Positions 1 through 12,322 of a stretch of DNA of 64,000 bases are shown here, in pieces. The stretch's first letter is position 1; the number at the start of each line of letters is the position of its first letter. Below the pieces are notes generated by a model, which was not told the origin of the DNA, did not search any database, and was given only the letters and a program-made list of their open reading frames with translations. A program made the position numbers and the translations under genes. This DNA is from Chrysomallon squamiferum (taxonomy: Eukaryota > Animalia > Mollusca). The stretch is taken from NCBI GenBank assembly GCA_012295275.1, contig CM022671.1, positions 8,804,001 through 8,868,000 on the forward strand, in the 5' to 3' direction.

Positions 1-134
1 ATTAACCTTTATTATATAATAGTCTGTTACCTGTATCAACATATTATTAACATATTACCAAACATTTTATAAATAATATTTGCTTTGTTAAATCTGTTAT
101 GATCAAAACAGAAACATAATCATTTAAAAACTCA

Positions 135-440
135 AAGAAGAAAGAAATGTTAATTTATTTTAAATCACTCATCTCATTTTTGATCTTCAGTTATATGACA
201 TCATATATAAGTTTAAGAACTATATAGACAACAGAAAGGAAACCCATGGTGTTTTACAATGGCTGCTCTTTTTTTAATATTATTAGCAGCAAGGGATTGT
301 TTTACTTACACCTTCCCATGGTTTGGATAGCACATAAAATATTTTTTTTGATAAATTTCTTGTAAATTACTGGTTGGAATGGGAAAAAGCTGAGCAGATG
401 CTTTGATGAGGATTGATCTTGTTACATATCATACCTCAGC
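135..440 (-). mobile_element. Decayed SINE-like repeat, family A
   Basis: Motif order aagaaatgtt..tattt, ggaaaccc, tagcagcaagggat, ccttccca, gatagcacata, ctggttggaatgggaaa, gaggattgatc recurs at about 18965, 43313 and 51563. Orientation inferred from a recalled gastropod SINE consensus. Confidence 0.6.
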
Positions 441-838
441 CTTCATTCTGAAATGTGAGCAATAGTTTTCACTTTATAAAATGAAAGAACTGCAGTAAAC
501 GTTTGATGAAAAAAGTGACAAATAAAATATCTGAGACAAATCAGTCTACATCCACTTTGTGTGTTAGCTCTTTAAATTCTCAGGAGAGAGAGACAGAGAA
601 AGCTGAGATTTCTGAATAATTGACTGACTAAATCTGTGATGAGATATGTGACTGCAATACAACACTTATTCCTACAGATCACATTTAACCTTATTGTTCT
701 TGGTACAAAATACAATTTATCTTTTTTTTTGGTTTCATGAGGTTTCATGATATTAATATCAATATATTAAGTGTGCAGTATGTGTGTGTATCTGTGTCTG
801 TATATATATATATATATATATACGTGTGTGTGTGTGTG

Positions 839-881
<43 letters not shown>

Positions 882-1840
882 AATTTAACTTCACTGCCTT
901 TAGTATGGAATCTATTTTCAAGCATGTACAGTGCACAGAATCACATAATTCTAGTCATAACATCCATTAACATATTTAGTTCAAGCACACTCACCTGGCC
1001 ACATTAACAACAGATATGAACTGTCTATAATATTTACTGAGTTAATAAATGACTGTGAGAGCTTCAGTGCAGTCTGTGTGAGTTGGAATTATGACAATGG
1101 CTGGCACCAGACAAAATCTTAAAGCTGGTATTAGCTTCAGTCTGGTTCCGAGATGGGATCCTGGTGCCTAGCAGCCTGTAGTCCGACAGTTTGAAAAGTG
1201 TGACAGACAGTGAATAGTTGATGAGAGATGAAAGAAAAATTTTGAATAGTTTTATTATATATCTATCTAAAAGAACATTAATTTCTGCACATTGCATTTT
1301 AATTTAATTTAGGAAAGATATTTATGTATAAATAAACTCATTTTATTTTATAATTAATATTTATTCATCTTCATATAATCATTATAGAAATATATACTAG
1401 AAACTTTTAAACCAGCAGTTCTATAATTTTACCACAATAGTACCATTCCAGACTGTCTCCAAGAATTTCTTCAGTCTCAGTCAGCAGATGATTGTTTCAG
1501 TTTTGTGACATCTTCAAGAAAAAAATCCCCAGAACTTTAATAACTAGCTTTTATGTGATTATCCTTCAGTTTGTCATTTTCATTAGCAAAATTAAAGAAA
1601 AACACAAAACTGCTTGAGAATATTAAAGATAGCTGATGATGTTTATTACATCACTAATTGTCACTGATTTGTTGTTGATTGTTTTGAGTTCATTGAGGGA
1701 TATAATCATATACATGTATATTTATTAAATTTATTAAATTTGTTTTTAATGTACACAGCTCAAATATTGACTCTTTTCTTAGCTAAAATAATTTATTTTG
1801 AAACATAGGAGAGGTGTTTTTCTTTTATCATTAATTCCTC

Positions 1841-1892
<52 letters not shown>

Positions 1893-1893
1893 T

Positions 1894-1929
<36 letters not shown>

Positions 1930-2129
1930 TGTCTTTCTATTTCTCTTTTTCATCTGTCATTTCTTTTTTGTAAATTATTCTTGAGCTCATTTTTAATTAT
2001 TCAAATTTATTGAACTTTTGGTTTTTTTCCTATTTTCAATAGTTTTCTCATCTGTCCTTGTTTCATTGTAAGATTAATGTTAAATGTTGCCTTGTTAATT
2101 ATTCAAATTTATTGAATTTTTATTTTTTA

Positions 2130-3220
2130 TGCACACACATATACAATTTACAAATATAATAGTTCAAACATTCACACATGTACAAACATACAAATATAGA
2201 TACATTATATACAAACATACACATACATCAGATATACAAATATGCACACACATATACAAACATACAAATATAGATACATTATACACAAACATACACACAT
2301 ATACAAACATACAAATATAGATACATTATATACAAACATACACATACAGATACAAACACACACACACATATACAAACATACAAATATAGATACATTATAC
2401 ACAAACATACACACATATACAAACATACAAATATAGATACATTATATACAAACATACACATACAGATACAAAACACACACACATATATACAAACATACAA
2501 ATATAGATACATTATACACAAACATACACACATATACAAACATACAAATATAGATACATTATATACAAACATACACATACAGATACAAACATACAAATAT
2601 AGATACATTATACACAAACACACACACATATACAAACATACAAATATAGATACATTATATACAAACACACACACACATATACAAACATACAAATATAGAT
2701 ACATTATATACAAACATACACATACATATACAAACATACAAATATAGATACATTATACACAAACACACACACATATACAAACATACAAATATAGATACAT
2801 TATATACAAACATACACCCATATACAAACATACAAATATAGATACATTATATACAAACATACACATACAGATACAAACATACACATACATATACAAACAT
2901 ACAAATATAGATACATTATATACAAACATACACCCATATACAAACATACAAATATAGATACATTATATACAAACATACACACACACAAACATACACACAC
3001 ATACATATACAAACAGACAAAAAGATAAACAAACATACAAACATAAAAACATATCTAAAAAAACAAACATTCATAGACATACACAAACACAAAAATATAA
3101 GCACACACATACACACAAACACACACCTATAAAAACACTACAAACACATAAACATGCACACACATATACACACACACTTACAAAAACACAAAAACACACA
3201 CATGCACCTATACTTGCATA
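2130..3220. repeat. Minisatellite, about 40-45 bp unit (ACAAACATACAAATATAGATACATTATATACAAACATACACACATAT), decaying into CA-rich sequence
   Basis: Core aaatatagatacattat repeated many times between 2190 and 2970; explains the ORF cluster here. Confidence 0.95.
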
Positions 3221-3872
3221 CAAATATAATATTATTTTCAAAATTACGTTTTACCTTTGATAACTAAAAATCATATAAATTTTTGTGTGCTGCATTATTA
3301 AACATTAACTAATTCTTTCCTTTATTATCTTATGTTATTCTAATTCATTTATAAAATAAAAAAATCATTCTTCTTCATTGCATTATTTAAATAATAAATA
3401 AAACAAATAGATGATGCATAAATAAATAAGAAAATAAGTTAATAAGCAAATAAATAAATAAATAAATAAACAATAAAACAAAAGATAAATAAATAAATAA
3501 ATAAAACAAAAAAATATAAATTCAAATTTATGACCAAGCAAACTGTCAAGTTCATTAAAATTTCCTGACACATCAGATCAATAGTAACAAGTGACTAATA
3601 CCCCAAATCGTTTTACAGCAAATTAAAGTTGCTACCTGACAACATACACAATTTATTTAAATCTGCCAATTTTCAGATAATAGCTCCAGTGTTTCATTAA
3701 CCACACAGAATACATCTGACTTTAGAGCACTAGCAACTAGTTCAGTGTAACAAGAATTGTTTTTTCCTTGCAGACTTTAGTTCTGTCAGGTTTTCTCTTT
3801 TTTTTTTTAATTTTTTTTTTTTTTTTAATCGTTCAGTAACTGACTAACATTTCTGTTTCTTTTGTTGTTCAC

Positions 3873-4023
3873 ATTTTGACATCACAGAGCTGTGAATGTT
3901 TCTCCAGGGACTGGAAGTATCAAAACTAATTTTTCTGTTTGTCTTGTACATAGATCACAGGAGACCAGACTCTGTTATTTTCATAATGCCTTTTGTGAAT
4001 TAGCTTGGCTTCATGTGTAAAGT
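3873..4023 (+). repeat. 151-bp direct repeat, copy 1
   Basis: Identical by eye to 4899-5049 (offset 1026). Confidence 0.95.
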
Positions 4024-4359
4024 GTGTTAATCTTGACATACTGGTAAAAATGATTTTGAATCAGTTTCAGTTACTGTCAAATATCTCTATGTTTCTATAT
4101 ATCTATATCTATATGTAAATCTATCTATCTATCATTCATATAATATACACTTACACATTCACAAACATACTCTTTATATAAAAAACATAGAAATATACAC
4201 ACATATACATTCATACATGCCACACACTCATACACACAAACATACATCTACATATGTTCACACAAACACAATATTTCTAAAAAAAAACATACAGTTCTAT
4301 AAAGAGACATTCAAATACATAAAATTTGCATAAACATATCTTGACTATCTGTTCACATA

Positions 4360-4898
4360 GTGTGTTTGTAGTGTATGTGTGTGTGTTTGTGTGTGTGTGT
4401 GTGGTTTTATTAATAAACATATTTTTGATAATTATTTAAAAAACAAAAAATGTATGAATGTATATATGTACAATTTGTGAAAATATGTGTGTATAATGTA
4501 TAAATATATGTGTGTGTACAATATGTGAATGTATATGTATGTACAATATGTGAATATATATGTATATACAATGTGTAAATGTACACATGTGTATAAGGTG
4601 TAGATGTATGAGTGTGTACAATATCTGAATGTGTATCTGAATAAATGTATATGTGTGCACAAGGTGCGTGTACAAAATGTGATTGTATGCTTGTACAATA
4701 TCTGACTTTATATATGCATACAGTGTGTGAATGTATATGTGCACGATGTGTGAATGTGTCTATAATGTGTAAATGTATATGTGTAAACTATGTGAATGTA
4801 TGTATGTGCAGTTTGTGAATGTATACATTTGTATAATGTATGAATGTATGTATGTGTGTAAATGTATGTGTATGTGTTTTTCATAATTGAATGTGTAT
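4360..4898. repeat. TG/TA-rich degenerate minisatellite
   Basis: Recurrent gtacaatatgtgaatgtata units. Confidence 0.8.
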
Positions 4899-5049
4899 AT
4901 TTTGACATCACAGAGCTGTGAATGTTTCTCCAGGGACTGGAAGTATCAAAACTAATTTTTCTGTTTGTCTTGTACATAGATCACAGGAGACCAGACTCTG
5001 TTATTTTCATAATGCCTTTTGTGAATTAGCTTGGCTTCATGTGTAAAGT
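4899..5049 (+). repeat. 151-bp direct repeat, copy 2
   Basis: Identical by eye to 3873-4023. Confidence 0.95.
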
Positions 5050-5131
5050 AGTTAATAGCAGTAACATTTACTTGAATGAACAACCATTTAACAAAAATAC
5101 ATTGTGAATTATATATTTTCATTTATTTCAG

Positions 5132-5137
5132 AAACAG
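5132..5137 (+). other. Candidate 6-nt microexon AAACAG
   Basis: ttttcatttatttcAG|AAACAG|GTAAGT: a strong acceptor and a perfect donor 6 nt apart. Confidence 0.35.
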
Positions 5138-5171
5138 GTAAGTTACATTCAGAATGGCTGTGTTACATTAA

Positions 5172-5173
<2 letters not shown>

Positions 5174-5249
<76 letters not shown>
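5174..5249. repeat. (GA)n microsatellite
   Basis: Uninterrupted AG dinucleotide run. Confidence 0.95.
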
Positions 5250-5251
<2 letters not shown>

Positions 5252-5789
5252 AAATCTGTTTTCTGCACAAAAATAAACCAACAAAATGAAACAAGAAGAA
5301 GAAATCAAGCAGAAATGGGAAGTACTGGCAGGTAGTTACAGTTAAAATATTACTCTATTGCTAGCTGGAAATTTTGCAAATTGCAATTTCTCTCAGACCA
5401 AATGTGGTCGGTTTCTCTCTGGAGGTCTTAATTCCATTTTGTTCCTTGGTGATAGATGCCTCTGCTTGATTGGTGAAAGTTTGAAATGTTCACTGAATTT
5501 TCCACTTGAAGAATTAATTTCATTTTTCCCCTGTCTTATCCAGCCCAGTTCCTGCCTGTCTGACACATAGTGACTTAATAATGGAGTAGTGCAACTTCCA
5601 ATTGCATGTTAATTGATACAGATTGTTTATTTAGCTTTTATTTATTTATTTAATTATTTATTTTGTGTATCTGTTTGTTGGTTCGTTTCTTTTTTAATTT
5701 TATTAAAGTATAACATAATATTTATAATAAAGTATATTATACCATAAAAATATAAAGCAAAAAGCCATTCAATTATTGAAATATCAATT

Positions 5790-6004
5790 ATATAACTATT
5801 GTACTACAAAGTATAACTTAAATAACCATTGTACTACAAAATATATTATACGACAAAGTATAAGTAAGATAACTATTGTACTACAAAGTGTAACTAATAT
5901 AACTATTGTACTACAAAGTATATTATACAACAAAGTTTATTATACAACAAATTACAACTAAAATATCTATGGTACTACAAAGTATAACTAAAATAACTAT
6001 TGTA
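5790..6004. repeat. Minisatellite, about 30 bp (ATAACTATTGTACTACAAAGT)
   Basis: aactattgtactacaaagt recurs several times. Confidence 0.85.
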
Positions 6005-6366
6005 GGAGGACGCTTTGTCTTCAAGCTGTTTAGCCTATACATCAACAGTTATTTTCAGTTTAACCTTTATTTCTGAACGAAACAGGAATTGTTAACAAAT
6101 GGGTCATGGGGAGCCCCAGGTTCCATTACTGACAGAGGCTGTCGGAAGTGTTCAAACAATTATATCCGCTATGCTGGCAATTAATTTGTTATTCATCCAT
6201 CTATTTTTGACAAACAAATTAACTCCCTTTTTCTCTTTCTTAAGAGTCAGAAAAAACAATGGAGGAATTCTGAACCAGCTTTGTTTTGTAAACTGAAAGC
6301 AAAATTTTCATATTTACCAATAGTTTCCAGTAATAGTAAAAATGTCATGTGTGTTTATGTATGTAT

Positions 6367-6411
<45 letters not shown>

Positions 6412-8809
6412 TAATATTACCTGGACATAACAGGTGAGTGTATGTGAATTTGTGCCCATGACAGATCATCTTGAACCCTTATTTTCATAATTATTAACAG
6501 TGAAATGTTAAAAAGAAATCCAGATGTTTATCTGGCAAAGACTCTACCCTAATTTTCTGTCACTTAATGAAACTTAAATATTCTTAAAACGTTGTTTCAC
6601 CCACAACAAATTTTCTGAAATGCTGGACAAACCCCTGGAGTGAATCACCAACGAATTTCATTTCCCTTTAAAACAAAAGGCAATCTGAAGCTAAATCCAG
6701 TTTATGTATTTTGAATACAGATCGTGTACTTTTAAAACAATTTAATTTGATGCCACATTCAGACTGGCTAATTCCTTTAGACACATCTTGATTGGATCAG
6801 TTTGAACTGGAGCGATCCATTACACAGATATTTGTCTTGGAGTGATGTCACAAAAAAGATATTCTCTAACCTGGATTTTGTCATCTTTGATACATCGGCT
6901 AAAAATATTTTTCATTTTCCTTTTTTTTCTCTCACTGTTATTGATTGTTATGTCAGTATAAAGTGGTGAAAGGGAATTTTTTGCATTATTATTTTTTTTT
7001 TTTTTATTTATTTATACATAAGTAAGGAGCTTTCTGAAAATGAATATACAATTAAATCCAGATATTTGTCTATGTTTTTACCTGAGTTTTTTATTCGTTT
7101 TGGCGAATAGATACTCAGTCTTTTAAGGATTTTCCATGTGTCCTGATAATTGGAGTAATTATTGACTAGAGAATGATATTATTTTCAATAGATGTTATTT
7201 ATTTTGTGTGTATGTGTGTGTTCTTCAATAAATAAAAATTTAAATTATTACTTTTTAATTCAATTAAAATAATAATAATAATGATAATAACAACAACAGT
7301 TACAATAACAAATAATAATAACAATTAAGTACTATTATGATGTTACAGAAATAAATAAACAATTTTAAATTTCCCTGCTATTCAAAGATCTGACAGCTTA
7401 TTTTATAAGATTCAAAGCAAAATCCGCTTTCTATCATTTTTCTTTCCTTTCCATTAACTGTTTTTCTTTTTCTTTCTCTTTTATTTCTTTCTATCAATGG
7501 ACATCCAGTTCCTTGTTTCGAAATTCCATTTTTAAGACCAAACAAATTTAAGAATCATGTTATTGATAAAACCCAAATAACAGCTTTAATAGCATTTTGA
7601 TGTCAAGAAAAATGTTTTCTAAAAAGTAATTTGCATCTTTGTTAGAATTAATGTGTTTGTGTAAGAAAGAATGTGACACATTTGTAACTGAGAATTTCAA
7701 AACAAAAATTTCAAACCTTTTTACAATTTATTCAGTATCTGCAAATAAGGACTTTTGAGGATCAAATTTAATACAATTTTTATAATAAAGAATTGTTAGA
7801 TTTATTAAAATTCTTGTTTTTGCAACAAGTATTTTATATCAAATTTCGTACTGTTTTTGTAACAAACAAATACAAATGCATTAAAAATCTTGTTTTTTCA
7901 GCAATTTGTTTTTTAAAATATCAGATTTCATGTATTAATGCATTAAAACTCTTATTTTTAGCAACAATTTAAAATGGTGTTAGAATTCATTTGATTTTAA
8001 AGGACTGTACAGGTTACAGAAAATACAGAGTAAGCAAATTTTTTTATTATTTTTTTTTATTATAATTATTATTTTTTAAATTTGTTTAAAAAAGCAAAGG
8101 AGGAAAAAAAAATAACTTGAATTAAAATGTTTAAAATGAAATGAAAATGGAGAAGAAAATTTAAGCCAAATTTTATACATTAAGATTACATAATCTAGAA
8201 TTACACCTACTCTCACAGCACTAAACTGTTGCTTGCACATGAGTGACTAGGAAAAGCACACTTTACTTCACACTTAGCTCCTGATAGCTAATGAACCACC
8301 ATTAACATCCTCCTCTGCATTTTCACGTCCTTTCAAAAACTCTGTTCGGCTTCATGAAAAAAATAAACCATTATCCATCAATTATTACATCTTCTCTGTG
8401 TCAGAATCAGCATTTATTTGCCAAGATTGATTTTAACAAAAAAACGTCACAGACAAAGGTGTAATGATGTTCATTCACTATAGCATATTTAGGCTGAGAA
8501 CTTCTAACTGGTCGTTTAAAAAAAAAAAAAACGCTGGGTTTTTGGTGGGTTTTTTTAAAACTGGAAAGAAAGAAAGAAAGAGTTTTTCAGGCTATTGTTT
8601 ATGATGGCTTCTTTTAGAAGTACAGGAACATGATTAAACATTGACTTTGTAGCTTGATGGAGAAAAGCAATTAGTGCATTATAATCAATAATGATAAAGC
8701 ATATATATTTTCTGTCTGCAGGGAAAAGATTAAAAAACTTAGTTCACTGAGGCATGCTGTCTTTGAACAGAAGACAATGGCTGTTAAAAAATATATAAAT
8801 ATCATTTTA

Positions 8810-9105
8810 GTTATTGTTGTTTTATGCCGCTTTTGTTGTAGTTATTATTACTGTTGTTGTTGAAAAATAAATATTTAACTGTTATTACATTTTATAGTTA
8901 CTGTTGTTGATATTAAATAAATATTATTTTACTTATTGCTGTTGTTGATGTTGCTGCTGTTGTTGTAGCTAGTAATATTGTTATTATTTTTGTTGTTAAA
9001 TAAATACCAGTATTCTTTTAGTTTTTACTAAAGTGCTGTTCTTATTATTACTATTATTATTACTGTTAATCTTTTGCTGTTGTTGTAGTTATTATTATTA
9101 TTATT

Positions 9106-9150
<45 letters not shown>
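8810..9150. repeat. (TTA/TTG)n low-complexity tract
   Basis: Degenerate then pure GTT triplets. Confidence 0.85.
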
Positions 9151-9151
<1 letters not shown>

Positions 9152-9304
9152 TAACTAAATATTGTTTTAACTGTTGGTTTTGTTTCTTATGTTTTCCAGT
9201 TAAAATCTAGTAATCTTATAAATGTAAACTCAGTAAGCTCTTTCCCACAGGCAATATAGCCCATCATTTACACACAATAAAATACTAAATAAAATACTAA
9301 AAAC

Positions 9305-9595
9305 AGTCTAAACATTAAGACTACATAAACACTTTTCATTACTCACTTGAAAGTCCATTTTGTCACATAACACCTAGTCTTATGTGCAGTTTTACAAGCC
9401 ATAAAATTCTGAAAAATCTACACATTAAGACTGCATAAACATTTTATAGTGTCTTCTCAAAAGTCTATTTTGTGACTTAATACCTGATCTTATGTGTTGA
9501 GTTACAAATAATAAAAATGTGAAAAAAATCTACAAATTATGACCACATAAACTTTTTTCGATGTCTTCTCAAATACCTGGTTTTATATGCAGAGT
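9305..9595. repeat. Diverged tandem repeat, about 110 bp x 3
   Basis: tcta.acattaagact.cataaac...tacct..tcttatgtg recurs three times. Confidence 0.8.
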
Positions 9596-10696
9596 CAGAA
9601 ATAAAGAAACATGGAGGAAGAGAGTTCAGAACACTGACACTGGTTCATATTGATTTAAATGTTAAATTTTCACATTTATTTTGATTACTGTTTTCATGTG
9701 AAGGACAGGCTAATAGAATTTATATTGAGCACCAGATATTCGGAGCAAGCTGCAGTGCACTTTTAATGTATTGATCTGTGCTTAAATATTATTTTTTATT
9801 ATTATTATTTTTAAATTTTCGAGTTACTGTAATTCATATTCATATAAGCATTCTATTTTTTTTGTTTTTTTTTGTTTTTTTTTTTTTTTTTTGATGATAT
9901 AGCTATTTTTGTTGTTGTTGTTCTCGTTATTATTATTTAGTTAGTTATTTATAACATCAAAACAAAAAATAGAAAGAATAAAAATAAATTACTTTTTTTT
10001 TTTAAAATACAAAATAAAATTAAAATAATTAGGTAAAATGAGAGAGAAAATAAATGAGTGAATGAATATGGAGATGAGAGAGAGAAAGAGAAGAGAGAGA
10101 AGTCAAAAAAAGAAAATATAATAATAAACATTTTTTAAACATGAATTTAGCTGTCAGAAGTTACTGACACTTTTTAAATAAAAACAAAATATTTATCACT
10201 TTTTATCAAAATCTGTGCTAGTCTTAACACACATGAGAAGTTATAAACGCATAAATAAATTAAACCCTCCCACATTGTAACTTACTCATTCTTTTCCAAT
10301 TTTTCACAATGAATTAAACCAGTACCTTTTTTTTATTACTATTATTTTTTTTTAAATTTCGTTACCCTTAATGTCATTAGATCCAGAGAGAGAGAGAGAG
10401 AGAGCTGAATGTTAAAGTGTTTCATGTTAAACATCATCTAAGCCTTGGAGCTAGTTAACCAGTACCAGTGCAACACACAGATCAATACATTATCATTATC
10501 TGAGGGGCATTATGTAGCTGGAGCAATTGTCAAGAGATAGCAATCAATTACACATACCCTCACTCATTTACCTGCCTTCCCTCCCCCTCAGTGACAATGG
10601 ACTGGGCCGGTTAATGCCACTGATATGTATAGTGACCACTGAGTTGCAGTTCTGTTTGATTCTGGTGAGAGAAGAGACAGACAGATACTGACTCTG

Positions 10697-10724
10697 ATGT
10701 CTTGGATTTCTGTACATTCAACTC

Positions 10725-10758
<34 letters not shown>

Positions 10759-10813
10759 TGAAGACACACACAGTGGCTTGACAATGCTGGCTGGGAGATC
10801 TCTCCGAGCCTAG
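10697..10813 (+). other. Upstream ORF (38 aa, poly-Ser) in putative 5' UTR
   Basis: ATG 10697 to TAG 10811-10813: MSWISVHSTR-(S)n-GSEDTHSGLTMLAGRSLRA*; out of frame with the main ATG; spans the (GTA)n repeat. Confidence 0.4.
10725..10759. repeat. (GTA)n trinucleotide repeat in putative 5' UTR
   Basis: gtagtagtag... run about 130 nt upstream of the start codon. Confidence 0.95.
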
Positions 10814-10884
10814 CACTCACTCTGCTGTCCTGTTTGTTTGTCTGTGTGTACGTGTGTGTGTCAGTGATCACCAGATTGTACTTC

Positions 10885-11003
10885 ATGATGTATCCTTCTT
10901 GGAAGTTTTACTTTGTTCAGTGCTTGCTTCTTCCGATACTGTTTGTTCTGTTGCCGAAAACTTATTCAAGTGAACAACAGGAGTTGAATATAAGTGTTGA
11001 TAT
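10885..11003 (+). CDS. CACNA2D: First coding exon (signal peptide) of a voltage-gated calcium channel alpha-2/delta subunit-like gene
   Basis: ATG at 10885 is the first in-frame ATG after in-frame stops (TAG run from 10726, TGA 10759). It encodes MMYPSWKFYFVQCLLLPILFVLLPKTYSSEQQELNISVD: basic n-region, hydrophobic core, plausible T-Y-S cleavage site and an N-I-S sequon. It ends AT|GTAAGT (consensus donor, phase 2). AT joins the G of the 58133 exon to give ATG. The paralog cannot be assigned. Confidence 0.8.
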
Positions 11004-12104
11004 GTAAGTATTTTTACAAAATACATATATATATAATTTGACTATGTATTTGTGAGTATTTTTGTTTAAACAATTTTTTTCTTTTCTGTATAAAATTCGA
11101 ATCTTCATTTATATCTATTTTCACTTTTTTATTTTCTAAAATAGTTTTAATTCTATATCTATATGTAAATTTTTGAAATTTAAAATCACTGCACCTTTCT
11201 ATAAATTCTATCCCACCTGGCTGTGGGCCAACTGTGGTTAAAAAACAAACATTAACAACTAGTATTTTATTTTCAGTTTGTGTCTCTTTTTATTCATTAT
11301 TATTTTTACCTTTAGTTTCTGCATATCTTTATGATGATTACAACCGCTATTTTCAGAAACTGTTAAAAATAAATTTGCTGCATATATGTTTGTATGTATG
11401 TATTAACTTTAAAAACCTACAATACTCTATTTTTTGGGTTTGTTGTACTAACAGACATATATTTTGACTGATTTGGGATCATATAAAACTATTATTTTAA
11501 TTTGAATCTGTGAAATGTAGACACAGTCATCATCTGTGCTTCACACTCAGAGATTAACTAGCATGTCTCTACAGAACCAACAGTAGTACAGAATTTTCCA
11601 ATAACACATTAATCTTAATAAAACAAAACAACACTGTATTATCTCCTAATAGACACATTATAACAGAATATAACACATGTGTGATAACAGTTGCATGAAA
11701 ACCAAGCCATGACATAACTGTGCTCATTATTATCTACAGTCGGAAATCCTTATGTAAATTTTATCTGTTCGTTTAGCACCGAAACATTTTGCTTTGAGAA
11801 ATTAAATCATTTGGTGCCATGAGAGGATCAGTGAATTTGAGCTAGGAATAAAGATGATCTGCTTAGAAAAAGGGAAATTTGGAATAAAAGAAATCAATAA
11901 TTGTTGCATCTACATTCACCTAATGACAACGTGGATTAAACCCAGTGTTTCTGTAATTACTTTGTACAGGAGTAATTCTTGTTAACTTTGATGAAATTAG
12001 TACTGTTTCTCTGATAGGATTAAAGTGAACTGATGTCAGTTCAGCTCTTGTAGATCTGTTTTTTTACCTGAGCTCTATTCACCTACAATCACATGTGTTG
12101 TCAA

Positions 12105-12322
12105 CCATTCATTTATTCATTCATCCATCCATCCATCTTTCTATCCATACATCCACTCATTCATTGATCCATCCATCCATTCATCCATCCATCCATTCAT
12201 TCATCCATTCATTCATCCATTCATTCAACCATCCATCCATCCATCCATCCATCCATCCATCCATCCATCCATCCATCCATCCATCCATCCATCCATCCAT
12301 CCATTCATTCATTCATTCATCA
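12105..12322. repeat. (CATC/CATT)n tetranucleotide repeat
   Basis: Direct reading; generates the HPSI ORF. Confidence 0.95.

Larger units (their letters stand above)
10380..10884 (+). promoter_or_regulatory. Putative promoter / 5' UTR of the CACNA2D-like gene
   Basis: Locally higher GC with retained CpGs (ggccgg, ctcgt, tccgag, tacgt), a (GA)n tract and a C-rich patch at about 10575-10588. A-rich sequence lies upstream and T-rich sequence downstream of exon 1. The transcription start cannot be located. Confidence 0.5.

Noticed and set aside
990-1297. Minus-strand ORF 1064..1297 and CAG|GTGAGT donor at about 995
   Set aside because: No recognisable protein; the ORF stops before the donor; the donor lies in a ttcaagcac..cctgg repeat remnant.
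737-4977. Many 60-150 aa ORFs rich in Y/I/V/C/H/T
   Set aside because: They are translations of CA/TG/TA micro- and minisatellites; the same applies to those at 12095, 15284-15689, 47465-48211, 51044-51822, 54407-55222 and 62697-63931.
6425-6440. Perfect donor CAG|GTGAGT
   Set aside because: Preceded by a (CA)n microsatellite with no acceptor or coding frame.
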